64,000 bases of DNA from Chrysemys picta bellii (lineage: Eukaryota). Each line of letters begins with the position of its first letter. Within the stretch, counting starts at the first letter, position 1. Positions 24,418 through 35,520 of this stretch are shown here, in pieces. The notes under the pieces were generated by a model. It was not told where the DNA came from, did no database searches, and worked only from the letters and a program-made list of their open reading frames with translations. The stretch lies in contig NC_088812.1 in assembly GCF_011386835.1 (NCBI RefSeq), positions 11,470,001 through 11,534,000 of the forward strand, in the 5' to 3' direction. The translations under genes and the position numbers were made by a program.

Positions 24418-25632
24418 CCCCCCCCCATTCACTGTCCACTTCAGTCTTTCCACCTGCCCCCCCCTTCCACCTGCACCCCCCAGTCCCTGCCCCCTCCCCC
24501 CCATTCACTGTCCACTTCAGTCTTTCCACCTGCACCCCCCTTCCACCTTCCCCCCCCAGTCCCTGCCCCCTCCCCCCCCTTCACTGTCCACTTCAATCTT
24601 TCCACCTGCGCCCCCCCTTCCACCTGCCCCCCCAGTCCCTGCCCCCCCTTCACTGTCCACTTCAGTCTTTCCACCTGCCCCCCCCTTCCACCTGCACCCC
24701 CCAGTCCCTGCCCCCTCCCCCCCATTCACTGTCCACTTCAGTCTTTCCACCTGCACCCCCCTTCCACCTTCCCCCCCCAGTCCCTGCCCCCTCCCCCCCC
24801 TTCACTGTCCACTTCAATCTTTCCACCTGCCCCCCCCTTCCACCTGCCGCCCCCCCCAGTCCCTGCCCCCTCCCCCCCTTCACTGTCCACTTCAGTCTTT
24901 CCACCTGCCCCCCCTTCCACCTGCCGCCCCCCAGTCCCTGCCCCCCTTCACTGTCCACTTCAATCTTTCCACCTGCCCCCCCCCAGTCCCTGCCCCCTCC
25001 CCCCCATTCACTGTCCACTTCAGTCTTTCCACCTGCCCCCCCCCTTCCACCTGCACCCCCCAGTCCCTGCCCCCTCCCCCCCATTCACTGTCCACTTCAG
25101 TCTTTCCACCTGCACCCCCCTTCCACCTGCCGCCCCCCCCAGTCCCTGCCCCCTCCCCCCCCTTCACTGTCCACTTCAGTCTTTCCACCTGCCCCCCCCT
25201 TCCACCTGCCGCCCCCCCCAGTCCCTGCCCCCTCCCCCCCTTCACTGTCCACTTCAATCTTTCCACCTGCCCCCCCCTTCCACCTGCCCCCCCCTTCACT
25301 GTCCACTTCAATCTTTCCACCTGCACCCCCCTTCCACCTGCCCCCCCAGTCCCTGCCCCCCCTTCACTGTCCACTTCAGTCTTTCCACCTGCCCCCCCCT
25401 TCCACCTGCCGCCCCCCAGTCCCTGCCCCCTCCCCCCCTTCACTGTCCACTTCAATCTTTCCACCTGCCCCCCCCTTCCACCTGCCCCCCCCTTCACTGT
25501 CCACTTCAATCTTTCCACCTGCACCCCCCTTCCACCTGCCCCCCCAGTCCCTGCCCCCCCTTCACTGTCCACTTCAGTCTTTCCACCTGCCCCCCCCTTC
25601 CACCTGCCCCCCCCCCCAGTCCCTGCCCCCCC
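24418..25632. repeat. Pyrimidine/C-run-rich variable-unit tandem repeat (~17 units, ~52-79 bp)
   Basis: The core TTCACTGTCCACTTCA(G/A)TCTTTCCACCTG recurs, separated by C-runs. Confidence 0.93.
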
Positions 25633-25709
25633 TTCTGTGTTTTGTCCCTCCCGGCTGCCCCCACTCTGGCGCGGTCTATTCCTGGCCCGCGCCCCTCCCC
25701 CTCCCTGCC

Positions 25710-25965
25710 CGGGGGTCTATTTTTAGCCAGGGGCAGCGCTGGGCTATTTATAGATCAAACACGGCGCAGGCCTGCGTCAATGGAACCCCGTGTGCGTCAC
25801 CCGCCCAGACATTCCAGCGCGCCCCGCCCCCCCGGCCCGCGGGGACCGGAACAGGCCGCCCCTCCGCGCCTTGTATGGCCGGGGCTGCAGCCGGCCCTGC
25901 GTCAGCGGGTCCCCCCTCCTCTGGCCCCGCCCCCGCGCCGTGCGTCACAGAGGGCTTAAGAGGAT
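25710..25965 (+). promoter_or_regulatory. NR4A1: NR4A1 proximal immediate-early promoter
   Basis: MEF2 sites CTATTTTTAG (25717-25726) and CTATTTATAG (25744-25753). Four TGCGTCA sites (25773, 25793, 25898, 25941). CArG-like CCTTGTATGG (25869-25878). TATA-like TTAAG (25956-25960). CpG-rich. This matches the known mammalian Nur77 promoter architecture. Confidence 0.9.
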
Positions 25966-25984
25966 CCCCCCGCGCCGGGCTGGG

Positions 25985-26064
25985 AGCCCCAGAGCCGCTC
26001 CGAGCCCGTCCAGCCGCGGGGCGCCCGCCGAGCCGTGCCGAGCCGAGCCGTCCCGTCCCGCCGG
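25985..26064 (+). other. NR4A1: NR4A1 non-coding exon 1 (start approximate)
   Basis: Lies about 25-30 nt downstream of TTAAG, contains no ATG, and ends at the strong donor CCGG|gtatgt. The TSS is inferred. Confidence 0.8.
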
Positions 26065-27017
26065 GTATGTGGCTTGCTCGGCCCGCGGAGCGCTCCGGAG
26101 AGCCGTGCCGCCAGGTGGGAGCGCGGGGCGGGCGGGGGGCGCTCACCTGGCGGGGGGGGGGGGTCTCCGGTTTATGTTGCATGGGGGGGCGGTGCCGCCA
26201 GGTGGGAGCGCGGGCCGGGCCGGGCGGGGGGGCGCTCACCTGGCGGGGAGGGGGGAGCTGAGGCATGGGATTGGCGGCTGGGGGGGGTCTCCGGTTTATG
26301 TTGCATGGGGGGGGGGGGTGTTGCTGTCTCCTGTGCAGAGTTAAAGTGCAAGGTGGGATGGGGGGGGGCGTTCCTGTCCATTGAACTGGGCTCCGTTACG
26401 GGCTGCATTGGCTTTGGCGTGGGGGAGTCTCAAGTTGCAGGACCCCGACCTGGGAGTTGTGGGGGTGCATGCAGGCGGCGCTGAGCGGGCTGTGTTTATT
26501 TTTCTAGTCTCGATTGACGTTGTGCTGGGGGCTGTGGAGGTTGCAGGGGCAGCGTCTGGTGCTGCTCTTTGCTGTCTGAACGCAGCGGTGTCCAGTGGAT
26601 TTGGAGGGTGGGGGGCTCTTGTGTTGGCGGGTCAGATTTGATGCTGTGTGTTGCGCTGAGCGCCGGCTGCGTGCCAAGGCTGTGTGAGAAGTGACCGTGG
26701 GTCAGGATTGCTGTGGGCATATGGCAAAGTAACGGGAGCTCTCCAACAGCTCTTTAAAGCCCCTCTGCAAATTACCACCTTGCCCGTGTCCAGAGCCCTG
26801 TCCTCCTTTCTGCAGTCACCTTGGCAGGTTGGCGCTCGGCTTCCTTGTTTTGCTGTTTTCAATGCAGTGCTTAAAGTGTGTAGGGGGCAGCAGGGGGGCG
26901 TTGCAAGGGGTTGCAGACCTGGCCCAGTCAAAAAGTTTGTAAATTGTGTTGAGTCCCTGAGGGGCTCACTTTTAGCATTGTTTTAGCAAAGCTGCTGCTC
27001 CCAGGTTAAGATAACAC

Positions 27018-27055
27018 TCACACACTAACACACACTAACACACACACACACACAC
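27018..27055. repeat. Interrupted (CA)n microsatellite in intron 1
   Basis: cacacactaacacacactaacacacacacacacacac. Confidence 0.9.
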
Positions 27056-27183
27056 TTTTTTCAGACTGCTTTAAATGTAATAAGTTGCAACTAATTCTTA
27101 TACTGTTATCTGACACTGCAACATAAACACACACCTCTGAAGTCCCCTGCCTTTAGCAAGGCATCCAGGAGGGCACTTTATTT

Positions 27184-27677
27184 CAGCGGTTCTCAAAACT
27201 GTGGGTCGGGACCCCATTTTAAGGGGGTCGCCAAGGGTTGACAGCCTCGCTGGGGCCCAGGGCCGAAGCCAGAGCCCCATTGCCGAGGGCCAAAGCCTAA
27301 GGGCTTCAGCCCTGAGTGTGTGTGGGGGGAGGCGCTCGGGTTCCAGGCCTCCCGCCTGGGGCTGAGGCCCTTGAGATTTGGCTTTGCCTCCTCCCCCTCC
27401 GTCAAGAGCGTTGGGGCTCTGGCTTTGGTTTTGTCCCTGGCCCCCCTGCCAGGGGCGGCAGAGCTGAGGTGGGGTCAGGTTTCGTTGTGTTCCCCCCCCC
27501 CCCCCCCCCCAAAATGCCCAAATAAATCGGTTAGTCTTTAAGGTGCCACCGGACTCCTCATTGTTTTTGTGGATGCAGACTAACGCGGCTACCCCCTGAT
27601 CCTTGGCCTCCCGGGGTCGTGTAGCAATTTTTGTTGTCTGAAGGGGGTCGTGGTGCAATGACGTTTGAGAACCCCTG
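27184..27677. mobile_element. hAT-type MITE
   Basis: TIRs CAGCGGTTCTCAAA / TTTGAGAACCCCTG (1 mismatch). No clean TSD. Confidence 0.65.
27520..27600 (+). mobile_element. Penelope terminal fragment nested in a hAT MITE
   Basis: ataaatcggttagtctttaaggtgccaccggactcc...gcagactaacgcggctacccc is homologous to the 52.7-53.0 kb element. Confidence 0.7.
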
Positions 27678-28693
27678 CTCGAATCAAATGGTCAGTTCGT
27701 TGGCTTTGCCAATATTATTCTGTGTTGACGATCCTGGGATGCGAACGGGGACCCTCCTTTGACCCGTGTGCAGAGCTGCTGTAGACTGTGGACTTTCTGC
27801 TGCGTGGCTGGTCTAGCCTCTGAACAGAGCAGCTGGGTTTTTGTTTCTTTTTTTAAATAAAAATAAAATCCCTCTGAATTTTGACTTGCAAAACAACTTG
27901 GCACCAGCAGGGTGCAGGGGAGCAAATCAGGAAAGGCCCCACCTTGCTCCCTTTTATATGGTTGCTGAGCCTGGACCCTGCTGGGGCGGGGGGGAGGAAT
28001 GCAGTTTCTGGCTGGACCCAAGCAACAGCCGCAGCTTTCCCTTGACACACCTGGCAACCAGATTCACCACCCAGGCTCCGTTCATTTCTAACGTGCTGAA
28101 AGGCTGGCAACGTCGATTTATTGCCCCCTGGGCGGAGGGGAGGCGAGGCGCTCTTGTGCTTTGGCTAAAGACTTGTGAACATGGTGCTATCACCCCCTGT
28201 GCGACAGTATTCGATCGCAGGGGGTCGTGCGTTTTTTTTACACCTTATAAATACTCCTTGTATCAAAAATTAACAGGCCTGGTCTTGAGCCATTATCTGC
28301 AGCATCTCCCTGGATCGGGCTACATATTAGAATCCTAGGAGAGTAGTTAGAGAGGGGAACAGATTCTGCTCTCCTTTACACGGCTGGAAATCCAGAGTGA
28401 CTTCAGTCGTGTTGCTCCAGATGTACATCGCTGCAACCAAGTGCACAAGTCCATAGTGCATGGTAATTTTTGAAGTACTATCTGGCAGACTGCAGGGGGC
28501 GCATGTGAGGGACTTTTCTATTGCTTTAAAACATCATCTGTGTATCGGTCTCCTTTAAGAAGAATTTTAAAATGAGGAAGGAATAAGCAAGCCGGGCCTG
28601 CGAAAACCCAGAGTAAGCTTTAATCGTCCAGGAAATCGACTTTTCCTGTTGACCATTCCCTTGCACATTTTTAAAACGCAGGCTGTGAAGGGG

Positions 28694-28816
28694 TGGGGTG
28701 ACCAGGTGTCCTGACTTTATAGGGACAGTCCCGATATTTGGGGCTTTGTCTTACATAGGTGCCTATTATCCCCCACCCCCGTCCTGATTTTTCACACTTG
28801 CTGTCTGGTCACCCTA
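28694..28816 (+). mobile_element. Short hAT MITE (TAGGGTGACCAG TIR family)
   Basis: TIRs TGGGGTGACCAG / CTGGTCACCCTA. Perfect 8-bp TSD TGAAGGGG on both sides. Confidence 0.85.
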
Positions 28817-30428
28817 TGAAGGGGAGAGCGAATGCTGACAAACCTTGTGGGGAGGCTCAGGCCACGCAGGCCGAGGCATCACCTATTTTGCCCGTGGTGG
28901 TGGTGGTGGTGATTTATACTCCAAGCAATTTGCATTGAAAAAAACCCCGACAACATAAAGGCTCAGCAGTGTGTAGCGTTGTTGTTGGGTTGCTATAGCA
29001 ACAACAAGCCAATGCAGTTCTTTCTGTTGATGTGACTACCACGATGGCAGAGCGGAGGTGGGGAACAGGTGTAGATGGTAGTAAATAGTGTGTGAGCGGG
29101 AGGGGTCCCTCTGCTGGTTAGAATTAGAATGACCCAACTGTGTGTCATAAGCCCTATACTGAAAACAGCTGATGGCTCAGGCAGCTGGAGCTTGGGCGTA
29201 TGGAGCGCAGGTGCCTTGAGTTTTCGCTCTGTTGCTGCTCACGAGTTCTGAATGGGTCTGTTATGCAGCGTAGTGACCGCTCTGGCTGTGGAGGTGTGCA
29301 TAGTGTGTCTATAGAATGTCTGTCATCCACAATGGTGGAAAATATGATCCGAACATAGGACTGGAGGAAAGCCGTCAGTACCATTGTTACTGATTGAGCA
29401 CCGGGTGCTTTTTAGCTGGCACCAAAGAGAGAGGGCAGCCGGGCTCTTGGCTCTCGGACGCCAGGGCCAGATCCTCAGCTGGTGTAAATCAACCTTGCAT
29501 GGACTTCTGTGGTGCCAGGGTGACGTACGTGAGCCGAGGACCTGGCCCTTTGCGCTTCAGATCTTCTCCAGAGACACCGTTAAGGGCGGGCGGAGCGCAT
29601 CTGTGACCGGCTTGGGCTACTGTAAATCCCAGCAAGTTGTTAACTGCCGAGAGCCAAGCCTCTGGTTAGGAGCCCAGAATAACTGGGCTGCACGTCGCGG
29701 TGGGGACAGGAGATCCTGCGAGTGCTTTGCTTGGCTAATGAGGCCACTTCACTGCTTTGTCCCTTGTGAAACACATTGACTGGGTCTCCCTTGACCAGGA
29801 AAAGTCCCCGATGAGCCTTTTGTTCATTCGTAGTCATTGTTTATTTGTATTCTACCCGCAGCTGCAGAGCCCAGCTGAGGTCCGGGGCCTATTGGGCCGG
29901 GTCCGGCACAAACGTAGAAAGAGAGGTTCTCTGCCCCAAAAAGCTTCCGCTCAAAATAGAATGATTATTATCCCCGTTCTTCATCTGGGGCACCCGGGAC
30001 CAGAGAGTCCCAAGGGAGATGTGGGAAATAAACCTAGATCTCCTGAGCGTTCGGTCGGAGCCTGACCTGCCAGGCCAACCCTTCTTTGCAGCTAAGGGGA
30101 CCCCAGCCGGGGCCTCTGAGTAGAGAACGTCGTTAAACTGGAGCAAATCCGTCTCCGTTGAGCTGGGTGGGGCGTGAGTTTGGCTTCTGGCTGAGGACAG
30201 TGGTCCGCTGATGCTATGAGCTGTGTGTGGATCGATCTTTTTAAATAACCAGGCTAGGTCCTGAGGTCTGTTCTCAAAGCCAATGGGAGTTTTGCCTGAA
30301 TAAGGAGCAGCTAGCCCCAGAAGAACGTTGTAACCTTGTTCTGATGGTGCAACCGTGTCAACGCTGCTGGGAATTCTTATGTCTCCACATTCCCGCCGTC
30401 CTTTGCAGGCCGTTAAGGACGGCTTCTC

Positions 30429-30458
30429 GGCCAATCAGAAGATGACCTTTAAAGGTCT
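30429..30458. promoter_or_regulatory. Intronic NF-Y box plus everted NBRE pair
   Basis: GGCCAATCAG (30429-30438), followed by TGACCTTT-AAAGGTCT (30443-30458). Confidence 0.45.
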
Positions 30459-32803
30459 GCGATATGAATTACATTATCATCTTGCTGCAAGGGGGACTTC
30501 TGTCTTGGCTTTCAGCTTGCCTGGGGACTCTTGTTACGTCTCTCCTCTATATGGCCCCGTCTGCTGCTCCAGCCCTGCTGTTCCCCGGGTTGAGCGAGGG
30601 AGGCCGGCCGGCGTGTCGGAAAGGAAAGCGAGCTGGCAAAGCGGCATGGGTCGGTTACCATTCTGCACCGGCAGTTATCAGACACCTCCCCTGCCGCAGA
30701 TTCAATGTGAGAACTCAAGAGCAAGATGGCTCCTCTGAAGCTGGGGGGTGGGGGGGCTGCATGGGTCCAGGTGCAAAACGCGAAGTGCTCGGGGCTGTGG
30801 TTGGGGGCATGCCAAGCCAATAGAGGTGTCTTTTGGTCCCCCTAGGAGGGAATGGGTGGTAACATGGAACCGGCCTGGTGGGGCACCGTGCCCTGAGCCA
30901 GCCTGCTGGTCCTGCCGCTGGCCAGCAACTCCTTCGGGTGCCCGGAGACAGGCACAAAACTCTGCCCAGTGAGGGGAGCAGGTCAGTCAGGGGGCACTGG
31001 GATGGGCCTGGAAAATCAGGGTGATAGGTTTGCAGGGACTCTCCTGAGTGTGCCCTCCCCACAATGTGGCAATGGGGCAGAATCCGTACGAATGGCTGCA
31101 GACACAGGACCCCGCTGGGCTGGGGTGCCGGACGCCGGCGTGGCCTTGGGCAGGTCCCTTCCCCTCTCTCTGTCTTGTCTGCCGAGACTGACCCCTCTGG
31201 GGCAGGGCCTGGCTCTTGCAATGTCTGTGCCGTGCCGGGGCTGCCGGGACGTGCTCCTCGGCTGCGGCAACCCCTCAGGTAGGGTCGACCCAGCGAGCTG
31301 CGTGTGCGCCGCAGGTCTGGGAGGCACCGTTCTGCGCCCTCGTCTGCCATCCGATCATAGCCCTGACGCTTTGCAGAGCTGCCGGCTCAGCCCTGCTTGG
31401 CCTGTTCTAGTCCGAAGTGGCCTCGTTTGATGCCGGTGAAAGTCGGTTGCTCCCTTCGCTGGCTGCCGGCGGGAGGGAACGCAGCAGAGACGCGCTCCAC
31501 TGTGGCGCTTGGGAGGCAGGAGTGTCCGAAGAACTCAGGCGAGCGGGTGCGTAGGACCTGCTGGGAGCCTGGCCCGTACTTAGCTTCCTAACCAGGACCC
31601 GAGGGATCCTGGAGTCTGGCCCGTGCTGTATGTTTGGCTTTTGAATGAGGATCAAAACTCTGCACCCGACGCTCCCACCCAGGAGGTTTGGAGCCTAGTA
31701 TTTTGGCCCAGCAAACCTTCCCCGCCAAGCCCCTGGGGTGGGGAGGCAGGGCCCCCCCAGGGCCCTTTGGCAGCTCTGCGATTCCCTCTGTTTGTGGTGA
31801 AAGCATTTCCGTCGATGGCCTTTCTGCCCAGTGGGGCCAGCTAAGAACGACCATTCCTCTCAGTTGGGGCTGATGGCTCAGCCGTGTGACTCCACCTTCA
31901 GCCCCGTCTCCAACACTAGCCAGTTCTTTAGCTCGGCTCCAAACACCTTGAGTGCAGCGTTGACAGGTGCTTAATTTGCGCTGCTCCATGGCCGGCTAAT
32001 GTCAGGCCCGTGTGAGATACAAGCTTGTCAAAACAGCCGTGTCCTCGGTTCCTTCTCACATACCAAGGCTCACGGCTTCTTCCTGTGAATTCCTGTCCCC
32101 ATTCACTCGTCGGGTCGCTGGGGCCAAGGTGGGGGTTGGCCTTACACCTCGGTTCACAGAGCCCACCAGGGGCTCGGGCAACACCATTGACTTGGGTGGA
32201 GTTACTCCTGATCTACACCACTGTGACCGAGGCGCAGTCGAGCCCCCACCTTGGCGCGGTGGAGCAGATGCTTCTAGCTATGTAGACCTCAGCATGCGGG
32301 TGGATTTTCGTTGAATTTGGTGAAATTTCCCTCTGTGGGTTTTCACCCTGAAGCACCTGGTTAGTGCGTATGGCCGTCTCCCCCCCGAGTTCAGGCAGCA
32401 GCAAGTCCCATGCCGTGCTCGGCCGAGGCACCGACTTTGAGGAGCAGTGGAGAGCTCGGCCTCCGTGGTCCAGCCAGCCTTGGCTTGTTGGCTTTGGGCC
32501 CCCCAGCGGGAAGGGCAGAGGGACCAGCTCATGCCACTCGAGGATAGAATTTCTTTCTCCCGCTTGCAATCTGGCCAGCCCAGAACTGCTCAGAGACCTG
32601 GCCAGCTCCTTTTATGCTCCGCACCTCTTGGGATCAGGGCCGTTCGTTCTTGTACAGCAAGTGTTGCCAAGGTGCCACCCCGGTGGCTTTAGGCCTGTCG
32701 CTCTGTTATGATGCAGATTACGGTAGGGGCTGGGGAGCCAGTCCCTCCCCAAATCGCTCGCAGGGTAAACACCGGCGTGGGAGGGAAGGTGGCTTGCCAA
32801 AGG

Positions 32804-33199
32804 CAGTGGTTCTCAACCAGGGGAACCTGTATCCCGGAGGCACGCAGCGCTCTTCCAGGGCCTACGTCAACTCATCTAGGTATTTGCCTAGTTTTACAAC
32901 AGGCGACATAAAAAGCACTAGCGAAGTCAGCACAAACTACAGTTTCATACGGACCATGAGTGGTTTATACTGCTCTATATCCCAGACACTGACATGTCAG
33001 TCCAATGTTTATATTCCAATGGATTTATTTAATAATTCTATGGCAGCCATTGTTCAGTGACAGCGTGCCTGGGACACTTTTGTATGTTTGTCTGGTTTTG
33101 GAAGCAAGTCGTTTTTAAGTAGGGTGAAACTTGGGGGTGCGCAAGACAAATTAGACTCCTGAGAGGGGTACAATAGTCTGGAAAGGTTGAGAGCCACTG
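32804..33199. mobile_element. hAT-type MITE about 275 nt upstream of the exon 2 acceptor
   Basis: 15-bp TIRs CAGTGGTTCTCAACC / GGTTGAGAGCCACTG. 8-bp TSD GCCAAAGG / GCCCAAGG (7/8). Confidence 0.8.
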
Positions 33200-33476
33200 G
33201 CCCAAGGCATCTGAGCTGGGAATAGAAGACAGGTCTCCTGGTTCCTAGTCCGGTGCCTTATCCATGGTTCGCTCTATACCCCCCGATCAGAGGCATTTCC
33301 CTGGGGCCCATGGGAAAGGCTAGAGCCCGCCTCCCGCGTGGCATGTGCTGCACATCTGAGCTGGTGCCCTGCGCAAGTTCTCTACCCGATGAATGGGGAG
33401 CCCTGGCCTGGGGAGCGGGTGCGGTTCCAGCCTGATGTTAACGCCTCTGCCTTTCCCTTTGCCCCCTTGCTCAGAG

Positions 33477-34274
33477 ATGCCCTGTATCCAAATGCAGCAT
33501 GGGACCTTGCCTCAGAGCGGAGGGCCCTGTGAGCGCTACCCGGCAGACTTCCTGACTCCCGAGCTCAGCAAGTTCACAATGGACCTAGTCAACACCGAGA
33601 TCGCGGCCACCACCTCCCTGCCCAGCTTCAACACCTTCATGGAGAACTACAGCGGGGAGTTCGACACGTTCTTGTACCAGATCCCAGCCTCCAGCCAACC
33701 CACCTCCTTCAAACTCGAGGACTTCCAGGTGTACGGCTGCTACCCCGGCTCCTTCAGCAGCCAGCTGGACGAGACCATGTCTTCGAGCGGCTCGGACTAT
33801 TACGGCAGCCCCTGCTCCATCCCATCCCCGTCCACCCCAGGCTTCCAGACCCCGCAGGTCTCGGCGTGGGAGAGCTCCTTTGGGCCCTACTCGCCCACTC
33901 AGAACTACGAGGGCATGAGGCCCTGGGCGGAGCAGCCGAAAAGCAACTCTTCCCAGCCAGCCTTCTTCTTCGGCCCCTCGGCTCCCAGCCCCGGGGTCTC
34001 CCAGAGCCCCCTCAAGGTGCCGCCGGCCGCCGCACACCGGCTGGACACTGAGGTCTTCGCGCTTTCCCAGAGCTCCCCGGTGGGCTTTTCCGGCCTGTCC
34101 CTGGGCCAGGCCTCCCCGCACTTGGAGAGCCCCGCCTTGATGGACGGCTCCCTGTCGCCGGCCAAGACACGCAGCCCCGGGGCCAACGAGGGGCGCTGTG
34201 CCGTCTGCGGAGACAACGCCTCCTGCCAGCACTACGGCGTCCGCACCTGCGAGGGCTGCAAGGGCTTTTTCAAG
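33477..34274 (+). CDS. NR4A1: NR4A1 coding exon 2 (A/B domain and first zinc finger, 266 codons)
   Basis: Polypyrimidine acceptor ...ttgctcag|AG ATG CCC TGT ATC CAA gives MPCIQ, the Nur77 N-terminus. Ends [26 protein letters not shown]|gtatgg, containing the NR4A P-box CEGCKG. Confidence 0.97.
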
Positions 34275-35390
34275 GTATGGGGCCGGGGGTGGGGACGTGG
34301 GGCCAGGGGAGACCCAGGGCAGTGCCTGAGAACCCACAGAGCCAACGGCCTCCCTCGCCAGCAGGCAGGCCCACAACCTCCCCGCTTCGCCCCCAGCGCA
34401 TGGCTGGTCTTGCTCCCAGATGGGCCCCAGAATCCTTTGCAGCCAGCGCAGAGGATTCTGGGATGCGGGTGGGGTCCCTGAGGGAGCCCCGATGGATGTG
34501 CTGAGTGAAGGAGTCTGTGGGTCTCCTCTTGGCCATTCTGCCTGGGGCGAGCCCCTGTGCGCCCCTGACTGGGCTTGGCTTGGGGGAGGGGGGGGGGGGG
34601 CAGAGTGTTGTGCAGAGAGCCATCACCAAGGCCCCCATTATGCAGAGCACCGGCCTCCGTGCGTAGCCCCAGCGGGCTCGGGCCGGGCCCAGAACCCCCA
34701 GCCATGTGGGAAGATCTTGGTGGCTCTGGTGGTTTCCCTCCCTTTCCCCTCACGCCCCTGGGCCCCGATTCGGCACGTTACACACGTGGGGAGGGGGAAG
34801 CCTGGCATAGCTTGTGCATCGGGGGCAGGGCTGGGGGGTGAGCTCGTGGCCCAGGGTCTCCAAAGCGGCTAGTGATTCTGGCCCAGCACCAGGCGCCTCA
34901 GGGAGGCCTCGGCTTGTGCTGAGATCCAGGCCCCTTCGGGGAGCAGCTGCGGTCCCTGCGCTGTGCAGCGCTGGCTCTTTGCGCGGGAGAGAAGCTGTGT
35001 CTGGGGTGGGGAGGATGGCGCCGAGTCCCCGGGGTGGGGGGCAGGGCAGGGGGATCGGGGCCCGGAGGGAGTGACCGCTCAGACCAAGAGCAGGCAGTCG
35101 AGTCTCCCCCCGTCCCTGCCTGCAGATGGACGTGTGCAGGTGTGGCTGGCTGTCCGGGCGCCCCCCCCCGGAGAGCAATGTGTTTCTCTCCCCCTCTCGT
35201 GTCCTGGGAACACGGCTCCTCGGATGTGAAACTGGAAACTGGGCGCCGTGGGGCGGGGACGCTGCTATAAAAATACCAGTGGGACAGAAGGGCTTTTGTT
35301 CCGTCCAGGCCCAGCTCTGGGCACCCGGGATCTCGCGCTCCCTCTTCGCCGGAGGCTGATGCTCTCCCTTGTTTCTCCTCCTCCATGCAG

Positions 35391-35520
35391 CGAACGGTGC
35401 AGAAGAACGCCAAGTACATCTGCCTGGCCAACAAAGACTGCCCTGTGGACAAGAGGCGGCGGAACCGGTGCCAGTTCTGTCGTTTCCAGAAGTGCCTCAC
35501 CGTGGGCATGGTCAAAGAAG
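35391..35520 (+). CDS. NR4A1: NR4A1 coding exon 3 (second zinc finger, 130 nt)
   Basis: ctccatgcag|CGA ACG GTG CAG reads [43 protein letters not shown], then G|gtacag. Phase 0 in, phase 1 out. Confidence 0.97.

Noticed and set aside
24141-26261. 706-aa and 526-aa Pro-rich ORFs
   Set aside because: They read through a C-rich tandem repeat that lacks stop codons and then through the NR4A1 promoter. Overlapping frames are open and no domain is present.
28485-28503. CTCF-like sites (also ~17800, ~26885)
   Set aside because: Partial matches are expected by chance at this GC content and cannot be scored without a PWM.
33393-33476. 28-aa N-terminal extension in the ORF track, and read-through to 34481
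   Set aside because: The extension lies in the intron 1 polypyrimidine tract upstream of the acceptor, and the C-terminal tail is intron 2.
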